Below are positions 38,867 through 52,580 of a stretch of DNA of 64,000 bases, in pieces. The notes under the pieces were generated by a model. That model worked only from the letters and a program-made list of their open reading frames with translations. It had not been told where the DNA came from and did not search any database. A program made the translations under genes and the position numbers. Numbering within the stretch: the first letter of the stretch is position 1; each line of letters begins with the position of its first letter. Location of the stretch: positions 71,302,001-71,366,000 of the forward strand of contig NW_024704742.1 in the NCBI RefSeq assembly GCF_018977255.1, in the 5' to 3' direction. This DNA is from Callorhinchus milii. Its lineage: Eukaryota.

Positions 38867-41029
38867 ACTGAAGGCAGTGCAGAGAAGAGCATCAAAGCTG
38901 ATCCCCAATGTTAGAGACAATTCAGAAGAATGGCCCCTCTGATAAGGCAGCACTACCCCAAGCAATGTCCTGGATAGTGAACCTGGACTGAGTTCAAAGT
39001 ACCGACACGGTGCTTAAACCTACAAACCTTCAGGCTCCAAGGTTCTTACCAACTGAGCCAAGCTGACACCGAAAATTAAGAGTAGGGTGTTCCAGTGTGT
39101 GTATGTGTTTGTGTGTGTGTGTAGGGGGGTGGGGGCTAGCATCAGCACAGACATGATGGGGAGAGAGCAGAAAAATGAGATTAGCACTATTTAAAAAGAA
39201 ATGGGAGTTTCTTTATCCCCTGAAATGCTTTGAGATGCTTCCCAACATGAATCAAATGGAAGAATTCCTATTAAATTATTAAATACATAACAATATCAAT
39301 AAATTATTAAATTATTATTAAATTGCAATTTAACAAATTTAACAATCTGGGTAGGATGAATATCCATAGTCAAAATCCCTCCATGGCCTTATCCCAATGT
39401 ATCTCTGTGACCTCCTGTCATCCTACCGCTCCCTCCACCCACCCAGCCTGTTTCATGTTTCCTCCAACCCACCATCCATCACCATCTGCGGGCAAGCTTT
39501 CAGACTCTCTGCCCTCGCTCCCTGAAACTCCAACCCGGAGTCCCAACGCCCTGCTGTCTCCCTCCTCACGTTAATAAAATGTTGACAACAAAGGCAAAAA
39601 TTGGCTCATGGGCTAAAACTAGGTAGAATTTTGGACTGTGCATTGGCTGGGGCAGCCATTTTGAGCACACACATCAAGGTCCCACATAAACCCACAAATG
39701 ATTCCACATAGCTAATGGCCACACTGTTATTGGGTAAAAACACTAACAGACTATTGCTGAGGTCTTGAAATAACTTGAAGAAAACTCAGTTACACTGTTT
39801 TAAACCGAGATAAAGATAAGATATTCCATGTACATGCATGAAGAGAGTAATTTTGCAAGGCTGCAAGAGTTTCTTTTTCCCCGATATGGTAACAATCAAA
39901 CAGCTTCCCTTCAATGACAAGCAGCGGGAGGGCTTTCTAAAGACAAGCTGCCAGATGGGTTTGCGGTAACAAGCAGGAACCATGCAGCAAAGGCTTCAGC
40001 CTACATTGAATCTATCACTCTGTCTATGGAGTTCAAATCTCTTCACACACACTGATAGCTTCATGAGTTCTTTAACATCCACCTGAAAAAGCAAATAAGA
40101 CTTCAATTTAAAATCTTATTTGAAGTACTGCACCTCCAAAAATTGCTGCGCTCCCCCACCACTGCACTAGAATGACAGCCCAGGTCAAAATCTCCAACAA
40201 AGCACTTAAACCAAAAAATCGAGGGTTGTGGGGAGGACAAGTTTGCAGGGTTATGGGGTGGGATTGATTTGGATAGCTCTTTTCAAAAAGCCAGCAGACA
40301 CGATAGGCCAAATGGCCTCCTTCTCTGCTGTATAATTCTACGATTCTATATCCCAAAGTGCTTCACAGAATATACTGTAAAATAAATTGACTGTACGTTT
40401 TGTGGGCTAAACATGGCAGTCAATTGCACACAGCAGTGCCCCACAAACAGTTGTGGATTGAGTGACCAAATTGTTTTTTTAAGAGATTATTATCAAACCC
40501 AGGTCCTCTCGCTTGCAAGGGGGTTGCTTTAACCACAGGACAAGACTGATATTCCCAAACTCTGCTTCAAACACCTCGTGAAAACTACACTCCAAACGTG
40601 CTTGATGAGCAGCCAAGCCATAAACCAAGGAGTTTTCCGAATTCAATCCCGTTTGTGCTGTGTGGGGGCAGCGGTTGAATCCACAATTGGCTTCAATGGC
40701 TGACGTTCAGGAGGGGAAATCAGCCAGGGCTTTGAGTTTCTGATTGTAACTCAGCGACCCCTGGTGCTCAGTTTGTGGATATCAGGCAAGAATTGGATTG
40801 ACTTTGGTTTCTTTCCCCAACAGCCTGCTCACACTGCTATCCAGTCTCATAAATCCCGAATAGCCACCTAGGCAACATACCGGGGATTGAGGAGAGCTGC
40901 AGAACCATATCCCAATTGAAGAGAATAAAATGAAGCGGTGGAGGCAAATCGTTTCAGTAAATTGTAAGAGGAAATTACAGGAATTTATATGAAACATCAC
41001 AGCACAGAAACCGGCCAACTAGTCTGTGC

Positions 41030-41415
41030 AGGCGTTCGCCTTGAAAGCCCTCCACGGCCTTGCTCCTACCTGCTATTGTGATGGGCTTGCACTATATCGA
41101 ACAGTCCGCTCCCTCCACTCAGCAGGCCAACTCCACGTCCCCCGACCGTCCTTCAGCCTCTCTGCCTCACCCTCTGAAACTCCATCCCACAATCCCTTTG
41201 GCTTGCTCCCTCCAATGCCTCCTTCAAGGCATGTCTCAAGACCCTCTTCTTCAACCATGCCTTTGGCCACCCTCCTACCCCTACCATCTCTGACCTCTAT
41301 CTCTCCCGATCCCAACCCCCTCCTTGGATCCAAATCCCTGACTATCCAGCACCTTGGCACGTCCTCCCGACTTGAAAGGCGCTAAACACATGTCATTTGT
41401 TGTTGGTGGTGTTGT
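41030..41415 (+). mobile_element. L2 3' fragment
   Basis: AFALKALHGLAP; GAAAGGCGCTA end. Confidence 0.85.
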
Positions 41416-43059
41416 TTTATACTCCTTATAAATCTCCAGCCCTAATAATGACCTTGCCCATAACCATTTATTCGCTTCTGCCTCATATAAGATAAACTTT
41501 GGATAGATTAGGTACATATTTGCTGAAGAAATTGATTGGAGGGCGTGAATGAGAAACAGAGCAGTGTTGAAATATCTATTTTTTGTTTCAGTTTTGTTTG
41601 CCTCAGATGGATAGTGATAGCCTTTTCTGCCTAATTTCCTATGCGTTCAGTAGAAAGCAGAGAAAATTGTAGGATAAAATTATTTGAGAACCAACATAAA
41701 TTAAAGACAGAAGTGCAGGTTTTATTTACACACAAGGAAACAATGATCTCTTCAATGTTCTCTCACAATCTCCATACGTAACCTTACTTTACACTTCACA
41801 TCCACTACCAACTCCCAGCCAAAACTACAACAAAACAATAACTTACATTTATATAGCAAATTTCACTTAGGATAAGACATTGAAGTGCTTTACAAAATAA
41901 GATTAGAAATAAAATTCAAATACAATAATAATCCTTACATCTGATATAGTGCCTTTCACATAAAGAGGACATCTCAAAGTGCTTCACAGGATTTACTGTA
42001 ATCTGTCATGACTGAGTTTCTCCTAGTTTCCTGCCAAACAATCCTCTAAATAAAATTGTGGACGTTGCTGTGTGTTTATTGGCTGCCACATTTCACCTAC
42101 AAAATACACATTTTACATTAACTCCTATGAAGCACTTTAAGATATCCTCCAGATATCAAATCCTAGGATAAGAATATGTATTATATTTTGCACTCTGCTA
42201 GCAAGAATCCCATCGTGTTTCTTGGAGTATTTCACAATCATGTCCATCAAGCTGTGCTGCCTATTCCTACGGCCTCCGTCTCTTCAGATGAACATTGATT
42301 TTCCCACCTCAGTGCTGATGCTATGCTAAAATAAGTTTGTGGACTGAGTGACCAAATTATCATTTATTATTTATTTGAAGGGATTATTACCCCCGGAGAG
42401 CAATCCGCCAATTGACTAACAACTAGATTCCTACTTACTGCTAGGTAAAGAGAGGCATGTGGAGTAAGAAAACTTACTAAGATTTGTCCAATTTTTCACC
42501 CTGTCTGGGAATTGAACCCAGATTGTCTTGCTTGTGAGGCGTGGGCGCTTGCTTCACGTCCCCGCCCTATCCACACCCCCATAGGCGGGCATCCTTTCAG
42601 CCATTTTGCCCTACTATCCAGAACTCCATCCTGGAATCCCTCCAACTTGCTTCCTCCATGCCCTCGTTCAAGGCTGTCTTGTCAGTTTGCCCTGGTTTTG
42701 CCCATCTTTCCCCTTTTCAGCCCCTCGGCTCCTTGGGTGCCCATCCAGCACTGTCAAGCACTTTGAGATTTTCCCCCTACATGAAAGGCGCTGTGTAAAT
42801 GTAAATTGTAGTCTATTGTATCTGCGCACATAATATAATAATGATCCTTGCATTTGACATATAACAACTTGCATTGGTATAGCGCCTTCATGTAGGATAA
42901 TGTCTTGAAGAGATTCAGCATCTATAGCATCTATAATGTCGATACATTTAAAAGTGCTTCAGGGTAATTTCTATCAACTGTAGTAACTGTGTATTTATAG
43001 GCAAATGTAGTAGCCATTGTGTATACAAGATCCCCACATGCCGATGGAAGCCGATTCGA

Positions 43060-43235
43060 TAACAACTTTTAAGAGAGAAGTAGATAATTATTTGGGAAGG
43101 ACAAGATTGCAGGGCTATGGAGAGAGCGCAGGGGAGTGGGATTGAATTGGATAGCTCTTTTAAAAGAGCCGGCAAAGACACGATGGGCCAAATGGCCTCA
43201 TTCTGGGCTGTATAATTCTATGATCTATGATCTAC
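43060..43235 (+). mobile_element. CR1 3' end (similar copies at ~40215-40350, ~30545-30615, ~44700-44882)
   Basis: GATAGCTCTT...GACACGATGGGCCAAATGGCCTC...CTGTATAATTCTATGAT tail. Confidence 0.8.
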
Positions 43236-43744
43236 TCTATGATCTATGCAGCCATGACGCAAATGGTCTTTTTACATCCTGCAAGGTTTTTGACCAGGAA
43301 ACCTGGCAAATCTTCCTTCTCTTTTCCAATTATGCCACAGGATTTTTAACTCCTGCTTGAGATAGACAGATAAGTCTTGGTTTAAGGTTTCATCTGAAAA
43401 ATAGTACTTCCGACAATGCACTGCTCCCTAGGTTTGTGGTCGTCTAGACTAAGTTCAAGTTTCTACAGTGTTAGATCCCACATCCTTCTGACCTGTACCT
43501 TTCTTGTACTTATGGAATGCCTACAATATTAGCCAAAGCCTTATCAATAATATTTCCTTACTTATTTCCTTGAGGTTTACAGTGGGGAAGCCATCTGGAT
43601 CAAGTGCCTGAGGACATTTAATTCCTGGTGTTACTTTATTGCTTTATTGATCCTTCCATGTGTTACAGACACAGAAAACTTGGTCTAGAATTTGCTCACA
43701 GAGTCTGTGAAGTCCCGATGGGAAGAATTAATTTAATACCGCTG

Positions 43745-44322
43745 CTATCCTGATTGGCTCGCGGGTCAGGCTATGGCAACATCAACCTCCGTGGTTGCAC
43801 CCTACAACTCACCAAGCCAGAACTCTGCAGCCCATGTCCTCTCCCACCACAAACTCTGTGACCCCATTTCCCTCACTCTCGCCCGACTCCACTGGCTCCC
43901 TATCGTTCAGAGGATCCAGTTCAAGATCCTGGTTCTCACCTACAAAGCCCTCCATGGCCTCACGCCATCCTACCTCTGCAACTTCCTAACCCCCTACCAA
44001 CCCGCCCGCTCCCTCCGCTCAGCTGGCTCCGGCCTGCTCCATGTCCCCCGACCCACCCGCCCCACCATTAGCGGGAGAGCCTTCAGCCACTCTGCCCCCA
44101 ACCTCTGGAATTCCATCCCCCAGTCACTCCGCCTCACCCTCCTCAGCCTCCTTCAAGTCCCGCCTCAAGACCCTCCTCTTCATCCATGCCATCAGCCAGC
44201 CCCCTTCCCTTCTCTTACCCCCCCAACCCCAGCTCGGGTCTGAAATGTTGTACTCTGTTCAGCGTCTTGGGACGTCCTCCCGACGTGAAAGGCGCTATAC
44301 AAACGTAATCTTGTTGTTGTTG
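43745..44322 (+). mobile_element. L2 3' fragment
   Basis: LARLHWLPIVQRIQFKILVLTYKALHGL...GRAFSHSAPNLWNSIP; (TTG)n tail. Confidence 0.9.
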
Positions 44323-47131
44323 TATTCCCTGTACTGTATATTATTTTTACCAGGAAATCAGTAGCCCGAAATGCCTCACATCATTTAGGCTGTAAAGCAT
44401 TGTCTTAAAAATTAAGATCACTTAAATTTTGATGCATTAAATCCAGTCTTAATTTGGAAGCTGGTTTTTCACAGTTCTTAAAAGGACCAGTCTTTTAAAT
44501 TCTAAATGTAAGAAATTCTGTGAAGCACTTAAAGGGTTTCTCCTGATGTAAAAGGCGCTATAATAAAAGCACGGATTATTATTTTGCCTAAACGGTAAAA
44601 CACTGCGGCCTTTGGTTTGTCACTCACATTGTTTTAGATTCATTTTGCTGCGTGTCTGCAGTATAGCTTTTTCCAATTGTTTTCTTTACTCCCCCAAAAG
44701 GCTATGGATGTTGGATCCGTTTACATTTTCAAGAGTGGGGTGGATAGATATTTGTTAAGTAAGGGTATCAAGGGATATGGGGCAAAGGCGGGTAATTGGA
44801 GTTGAGGTACAGATCAGCAATGATCTAATAGAATGGCAGAACAGGCTCCAAGGGCTGAATAGTCTACTCCTGTTCCTATGGGAGCAGACAGGCTGATACG
44901 CTGTTAGGTGGTTAGAGAGGTAGGAGAGAGCAAGACCGTGGAGGGCTTAGAAGGTTTTGTACTCGATTCAGTGAGGGATGGGGAGCCAGTGAAGCTGGGC
45001 AAGAACGGGGGTGGTTGCTTCCCGGAGCCTGGTGTGGGAGAAGACATGAGCTGCAGAGTTCAGTATAATCTGCAGCTTGTGGAGAGAAGAGTTGGGAAGT
45101 CCATCAAGCAGATAGTTGCCACAGTTATAGCAGGTTCTAGTTAGTCCAGTGGAGGGGATGAGCAGAAAAGTAGGGTAAGAGAAGGTCACAGAGATGCAAA
45201 GACTGAAGCGAGTTGTAAGTGTGGACAAAGATCTTGCCCAGTATTTGAAGCTCACACAAACCTCTATATGCAATAAAACGTAATTACGTTATTATCCAAA
45301 AACATTGCAAGAACAACTTATATTTGTGTAGCACCTTTCACATCGGGAGGACATCTCAAGATGCTGGACAGTTAGGGGTTTAGAGCCTGGCCGGGGGTTT
45401 CGATCAGGAGGGGTGGAGGACAGGGTGGGTAGGGGTAGCATAGGGCTAAATCCATAAATGTGATTTGCAAAGTTAACCTGATATCCTTCCTTCCTTACAT
45501 GTCTGTGCAGATGCTGTAAATAGACGATGGGCAGAAGGTATAGTAGTGGGGGGGGGGGGTTGAACTGGTCACATTCTGTTCAGTGCTGGGAAGTTACACA
45601 GAGTACCTCTCTTTGCCCAGAAGGGGATATTCAGAGATTCACAGCAGGTACTACATCTGTGGAGCTAAATCTCACACAACTTCAGCCTTAAGGCCCTTTT
45701 ATCTTAACATTTAAGATTGTGGAAAATTCTTAAATCCAGTCGCAGCCTGGAAGCCAAAACTTTGTAGGAACTGCAGAAAACCAATCTATAATCCTTGCAT
45801 TCGATAGTGTCTTTCTCATCGGGAGGACATCTCTAAGCACTTCTAAGGATTTATAAACTCTGGAACATTCCTTCAATCCGTTCGCCTTGCCCCCTCCTTC
45901 CCCATCTGCAGGTCGTGCCTGAAGATCTTTCTCTTTGACCTGCCCCCACCTCGAGCTCAATGTCAGGCTCTGCCACTGTCAAGCACTCTGAGGCACTACC
46001 CTGTGTGAGGGGTCCTACATAAATGCAAGTTATTGTTATAATGACTGTGCATTTTGTAGCTTCCAAATTAAGACTGAATTTAACCATTTCCCACCATTTT
46101 CCAATATTATTGATATACAGAACTATAACTTTTAAGGCAATGTTCTTTGGGCTAAGAACCGATCAGGAGGCACCTGTACAAACTAAATGATTATTGTAAG
46201 GACCTACATTAGAACAATTAGTATTTCAGATTGTTGTTCTGTGCAGGAGTTAGTTGCTTTCAGCTAAAGTGGCAGTTGGAGGAGCTACTACTATCCTCAG
46301 TCTCCATTGGTGAGGTGCGGATGACTGAGATTTCTAGAAACGTACTCCAGAGAATATTAATGTCTTGAGTAAAGAAAAAGGGATAGAAAAATATAATTTA
46401 GGGAATGCTCATAGTAATTTCATTGTTTCTATATGTTTTTGTTGTCATTTTACTTTCAGTTAAAAAGTGTTTTCCTGGAAAACGATGCTAAAAGACATAG
46501 AAAGAAATAAACATATGATCCTGATCAGGGAACACTGAGAGAAAAGATGATCCTATTTTTGGTGCTCAACTTGTGCCTGTAAACAACAGAAACAAGCGAA
46601 TTCCTTGGTCAAAGACCTACCAGTTTGCTAGCAGATTGGTTTTCTGTTTGTGTTTGGGAGGGATCTCTCAGAAATTGCTGAGTGTGTTACGTTGGTAGCG
46701 TTTCCACGTGTCAGACACCCGCCCAAGCAAAAATGGCGGTAGTAACTTTCCTAAATTGGCACAGTGGGTGGTGGTAGTGGGTGAGGAAACTACTGTCTGG
46801 ATAACACTCGTGAGGAGATCCTTAACCAGATGACAATGGTGTGGAGACTTTTATCCAATAACAACAACAAATTGCATTTCTATAGCACCTTTCATATCTG
46901 GAGGATCCCCCACATGGTGTCCAGGTGCCAATGGCGAGAGGGGGCGGGAGAGGAAAGCTCTCAAACATCACATAAGTCATTGAAAATAAACTGATATCTA
47001 TCAAAAGATTAAAACCCGTGACAGTTAAATGTGGCGCTGGGGGTGGGTGGGGGGGGGGGTCTCAGATATATGAAGAGAAGTAAATGTAATCTTATTTTGT
47101 CAAGAAAAATAAAACAAATGGAAAGTCAGTT

Positions 47132-47296
47132 GGAGGGGGGATGAGAGGGGAGAGGGGGGGGGGAGGGAGGGAGGGGGGGAGGGAGGGGGGAGGGAGGGGG
47201 GGGGGGAGGGGGGGGAGGGGGGGGAGGGGGGGGGGGGAGGGGAGGGAGGGAGGGGGGAGGGAGGGGAGGGGGGGGGGAGGGGGGAGGAGGGGGGGG

Positions 47297-47333
<37 letters not shown>

Positions 47334-48213
47334 GGAGGGGGGGGGAGGGAGGAGGGGGAGGGGAGGGAGGAGGGGGGAGGGGAGGAGGGGAGGAGGGGAT
47401 GGAGGGAGGAGGGGAGGGGAGGAGGAGGGGGAGGAGGAGGGAGGGGGGAGGGGGAGGGAGGGAGGGGGGAGGAGGAGGAGGAGGGAGGGAGGGAGGGGGG
47501 AGGAGGGGGAGGGAGAGGGAGGAGGGAGGGGAGGAGGGAGGGGGGAGGGGGGGGGGGGGGGGAGGGAGGAGGGGGAGGAGGGAGGGAGGGAGGAGGGAGG
47601 GAGAGGAGGAGAGGGGGGGAGGGGAGAGGAGGGGGAGGAGGAGGGAGGGGGGAGGAGGGAGGAGGGGGGGGGGAGGGAGGAGGGGGGGAGGGGGGGGGGA
47701 GGGGGGAGGGGAGGGGAGGGGGAGAGGAGGAGGGGGGAGGGGGGGAGGGGAGGGAGAGGGGGAGGGAGGAGGGGGAGGGGGGAGGAGGGAGGGGAGGGAG
47801 GAGGGGGAGGGGAAGGGGGAGGGGGAGGAGGAGGGAGGAGGAGGGAGGAGGGAGGAGGGGAGGGAGGGGAGAGGAGGAGGGGAGGAGGGAGGGGAGGGAG
47901 GAGGAGGAGGGAGGGAGGGGGAGAGGAGGAGGGGAGGGGAGGGGGAGGGGAGGGGGAGGAGGGAGGAGGAGGGGAGGGGGAGGAGGAGGGGAGGGGGAGG
48001 AGGAGGGAGGGGAGGAGGAGGGGGAGGGGAGGAAGGAGGGAGGGGAGGGAGGAGGGGAGGGGGAGAGGAGGAGGGAGGGGAGGGAGGAGGGGGAGGAGGA
48101 GGAGGGGGAGGAGGGAGGAGGAGGAGGGGGGGAGGAGGGGAGGGAGGAGGGGGGGGAGGGGAGGGAGGAGGGGAGGGAGGAGGGGGAGGGGAGGAGGGGA
48201 GGAGGGGGAGGGG
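47132..48213 (+). repeat. ~1.1 kb homopurine G/A low-complexity tract
   Basis: Almost exclusively G and A (GGA/GGGA/poly-G), with T only at about 47142 and 47400. Confidence 0.95.
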
Positions 48214-48214
48214 T

Positions 48215-49620
48215 GAAATCATCCCTCCTTTTCCAACGGCTCTGACTCGAGGCGAGGCTGGTGCGCAGGCGCGCCCGCTCCTGCCGCACAGAACAAAACA
48301 CGAACAAAAAAGGCGGGAGAGCGGCCGCACGCGCTAAGCCCCGCCCCCGGGAGCCGGGCCGGCGGGTTGCACGGGTTGACGTCCAATTGGGCGGTTTTTT
48401 TTTATTTGTACTGCGCGTCCCCCCGTCCCCCCCCAAAAAAAAAGGCTTTCGGCGGGTGCCCTAAATTTTATTTTTTAAATTAAACCTGAAAAACGTCCCC
48501 CTCCGCATTTTTTTTCCCCTCCAGTTCCAAAAAGCGCGAACCTAAATCGGACACGTGGGGAGTGCTGCTGAATGTCGGGCTACTTTGGGCGGGTATTTGG
48601 GCGATTTGGACTACTACTTTTTGGAGCGAGAGGGAGGGAGGGAGAGAGGTGATGGGGAGCGGCTGGACGGCGAGACACCCACACACCCAGTCAGTCAGTC
48701 AGACAGTCAGACAGACAGACAGACTGACAGACAGGCGCTCCGGGAGCCGGGCCATGTGGCGCTGAAGGTCTGTAACGGGGATGTGTGGCTCGAGCCAGAA
48801 CGAGCCGCCTGGACATTTGCAGCTCACGTTTCCCCGCCCTGTCTGGGACCTGCGTCACTCTTTTTAGTTGTGAGGAAAATGGGGGGAAAGAAACATATTT
48901 GGACGAGACTCAACTGGAAGAGCAAGTCAAGCTGGAGGGTCATCTGCCATCACCTGACAAAGCCTCCACACACACAGAGAGAGAGAGGGAGAGACACACA
49001 CACACACACAGATGGGGGTTATTGGGACTTGTAGTGGGGAACCTGTAATGACCTTTGAATGGGAATTGGACAAATGTTCAAAGGGTTTTTTGTCTGTGAG
49101 TGAGTGTGTGTCTGCACTCATTGGGGGAAACGGACTGGAATTAGCGCAGAGGGACTGGATATAGTTCGCCACAAATTTGCACAGGAAACTCCCGATAACT
49201 CGTTGCTTCCAGGGGAAAAGGGCGCGGTGACGAGGTATCCGGAGCGGCGAGTTAGGCCAATGTATAAATACACACACACACAAACAAACGCGCAAACAAA
49301 TAAATAAATGTGGCCGGGATACCGACAGCGTGACGACCCAAGTGGTAGTGACAAGTTGATTGAAGACGCCCCCAAAAAATTGTTATACGCACAGAGGATT
49401 ATTAGAACGTAAGACGCTGACCAAAAATATAACTTGAAGCAGAATCCGTAAGAGGTTTTCAAAGGAAATCAAGTAAATAGTTGAAGAGGGAAAAATATCA
49501 AAGGGTGTGAAGAGAAAAGGACGGGGGAACGGGACTGATCGGAAAGCTCGGGGAGTACAGTCCGGGGAGAATGCAGCTGGCAAGGCTTGTTGCGCAGAGC
49601 GCCATCGAGACATCATTTAA
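48215..49620. promoter_or_regulatory. Second CpG island, candidate M1AP promoter / non-coding exon 1 region
   Basis: CpG-rich and free of recognisable TEs; CCCCGCCCC near 48339 and CCAATTGGGCGG near 48382. Lies about 4 kb upstream of the M1AP ATG exon, which has a splice acceptor and so needs an upstream exon. Confidence 0.65.
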
Positions 49621-50479
49621 CACTCAGTAATTAAGGAACAAAATTCATGACACCTCACAACTCGTTCCTTGTGTTACTTGTCATAAGAACATATGAAAAC
49701 AGGAAAAGAATGAGGCCATTGAGCCCATCTGTTCCACCAGTTTATGAGATCTTGGTAGATCTTTTAATCCTAATGTTCTGCCTTTTGACATTTTATACCT
49801 CAATCTCCAAAGTACATCTACCACTCAATCGTGTCCAACATGTTAAGGCTTAAGCAATGTTAAAAATTTCAGCCCTATGATTCTAAGCAGGATTCTTTCA
49901 TCTTCATTTGCAGGTTTGTTTTGCTGAGTTGATCCCTTAGAAGCATTGCTGTCTAAATGCATGTTTCTGCAGGTTTTACATTTCTCTTTTGGCAGGGTTT
50001 CCAAAACAGGAAAAAATGTGGAGTTTTTGTGTTTTCCAAACTTTTGTTTGCAAATACAGTCACTCCACAGTAAATCCCGTGAAGCACTTTGGGCTGCAGC
50101 GCCTTGGGACGTCCTCCTGACATGAAAGGCGTTATACAAATGTAATTTGTTGTTGTTGTCCTCCCGATGTGAAAGATGCTACACCAAATGCAAGGACTAT
50201 TTATTATAAGTAACGAAATAATTCTGTTGGTGAATAATTCAGTAAAATTTCTTTTGTTGGAAATGTTGTGGGGATCTAACAGTGCTCAACATGGCTGTCA
50301 TATTTGTCTCATTAAAGCAGTCACTACCAGTGGCGGCCCATCTCAACTCTGTTCAACACCTACCTCTTTGACTGTCCCTTCGGTCATTCTCCTACCGCCC
50401 AACTTCGTGATTCCAACCCCCAGCTCGGGTGCAAATCCTTTACTGTCCAGCGCCAAAATGAAAGGTGCTTTTTTTTGGT

Positions 50480-51065
50480 CTGCCAGATGTCTGACACATG
50501 CGGAAACCCATCACCGTGCTTAAGAGTATCCAAATCACAGAGATAGATTGTTGGAATGAATTGTGCACTCTCCCTGAAGGGACGCATCCTGCTTATCTAA
50601 TCCTGGAAAGTATTAGGTGAAGGTTGGCAAGACCCAAGGCATCGGGGACCCCAGTCTGTGCATTGGGTACTGCTGGAGCCTAACCAGCTAAAATCATACA
50701 GCTTGCTTTCCTGCTGCTTGTCCAGCTAGGACAACAACAACAACAAGATTGCATTTATAGAGCGCCTTTTATGACGGGAGGACGTCCCAAGGTGCTGGAC
50801 AGTTGGGTCAGGACCTGAGCAGGGGGGAAATGGTCAGGGTGAGGGGAAGGAAGGGAGGGAGCGAGGAGGGGGTAGAGAGTCGAGAGGGGAGCTGAAGGCA
50901 CGGTTGAAGAGAACCACCCTACCCGTTAGGGCTTTGGCTTGCAGGGTTAATAGGAGCTGAGTGGAATGACTCCCTGCCCCCAGTGACTGGTCTGCCCTTC
51001 CAGATCCTGCCAATGAGTCTATGCTGCATCAGCAGTGCTCTGTAATTCTGCGGACCTGCCTGGTG
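50480..51065 (-). repeat. Copy of the unclassified repeat at 20620-21110, split by an L2 3' end (~50730-50915)
   Basis: GGGACGCATCCTGCT, GCTGCTTGTCCAGCT and GGAGCTGAGTGG are shared with the reverse complement of 20700-21110. Confidence 0.65.
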
Positions 51066-51444
51066 CTATATTAATGCAGATTGGTGTTGTTTCTATTGAG
51101 AACCGTAAAGGGCTCTCAACTTTCTCTGACAGGATAGCAAGATGTTACCGGGGATGCAATTTACAGTCCTTAGTAAACTCAGGCGTAACTTTGCGTACAG
51201 TGTAGGATTAGAGTTAGAGAAAGAGGCGTAATAGACATAATAATAATAACTATAGACGTAGAGGTAGAGTAAGTCATAAAGAAGCTGAGAGAGAAGGGAC
51301 TCTCACAGAACGAAAGTGAGAGAATCACATAGAATCTACACCGCACTGAAACGTGCCCGAGTAGTCTATGCTGTCTTTACTCTACAGGAGCCTCTATCCA
51401 TTCTAATCCCCACCTCCCTAGCATCCCGCATTCCCCTCTCTCCC

Positions 51445-51749
51445 CCTGTAGCTCAGTGGTTAGAGCACTCGCTTTGCAAGCGAGAGACCTGAGTTCAATT
51501 CCAGGCAGAGGGCGAAACCTTGGGCAAGTTTCCTTACTCCACACAGAGCCTAATAATAATCCCTCCAAAACCAAAAACAATAATAAATTGGTCATTTTCA
51601 ATCTACGACTGTTTGTGGGACATTGCTGTGCGCAATTGGCTGCTGCGTTCGCCCACAAATATACAGTCAATTCACTTTACAGTGTGTTCTGTGAAGCACT
51701 TTGGGACGTCCTCCCGACATGAAAAGCGCTATATCAAATGCAAGGATTA
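51445..51749 (+). mobile_element. SINE family A, young subfamily
   Basis: CTGTAGCTCAGTGGTTAGAGCACTCGCTTTGCAAGCGAGAGACCTGAGTTCAATTCC...CACAGAGCCTAATAATAATCCCTCC. Confidence 0.9.
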
Positions 51750-52144
51750 GGTAAAGGACAGCAGCAGAGGCTAGACTCAAAACAGTTTGGGATTCTGACA
51801 CAATAGCCAATAAAAACAAAGGGTTTCTCTTTCTGTCTGAGAAATGAACGATTTTCTTCCCTTATATCTCCCCTTATTGATGGCAGGATCTGCTACTAGA
51901 ATTAACTATAATAATTGAAGTGCACTTAAACCTGCAAGGATTTGGGGTTTACAAAGATTATAAAGAACAACAACAACAAGATTCCATTTATAGAGCGCCT
52001 TTCACGTCGGGAGGATGTCCCAAGGCGCTGGACAGTTGGGTCAGGACCCGAGCAGGGGGGAAATGGTTAGGGTGAGGGGAGGGAAGGGAGGGGGCGAGGA
52101 GGAGGGAAATGGTCAGGGTGAGGGGAGGGAGGGAGCGAGGAGGA

Positions 52145-52580
52145 GAATGTACAGTATGGAAACAGGCTACTCTGCCCAACCAGTCTGTGCCCATGTTTAT
52201 AATCCACACGAGTCTTCACCCACTCCTTACTCCATCCCACACTCTCTATTCCACTCTCCTTCATGTGAAAGTCTAACTTCCTCTTGAATGCATCTACACT
52301 TTGTTTCAACCACTGCTTCAGGTAATGAGTTACACAATCTCCATATCCTCTGCATGAAGTAGTTCCTCCAAAATTCTCTTTCTGATCCCTTAGTCACTAT
52401 CTTATATTTGTGTTCCTTGGTTAAGAACTCCCCAACCAGTGTAAACAGCCTATATATGTTAAATCTATCAAAGCCTTTTATAATTTTAAGCACTTCTGTA
52501 AGGTTCCCCTGCAAATTGCACTTCTCTAGCGAAAAAAAGCCTTACTCATCCATTCTATCCTGGTAGCATATAATCTATCC
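52145..52580 (-). mobile_element. CR1 LINE 3' fragment
   Basis: GNLTEVLKIIKGFDR...LFTL...HKYKI...RNYFMQRI..LCNSLPEAVVE, the CR1 ORF2 C-terminus. Confidence 0.85.

Noticed and set aside
47092..48436. Long Pro-rich and Gly/Arg/Glu-rich ORFs (398-436 aa)
   Set aside because: Artefacts of the G/A-only tract, which cannot contain stop codons; no domain or splice support.
51445..51505. tRNA gene (Ala-like head with TGC)
   Set aside because: It continues directly into the SINE body, is multi-copy and shows no proper acceptor stem; it is a SINE head.
35266..51749. Segmental duplication suggested by identical ORF translations at 35287 and 51456
   Set aside because: Identity is limited to the SINE body; the flanks differ.
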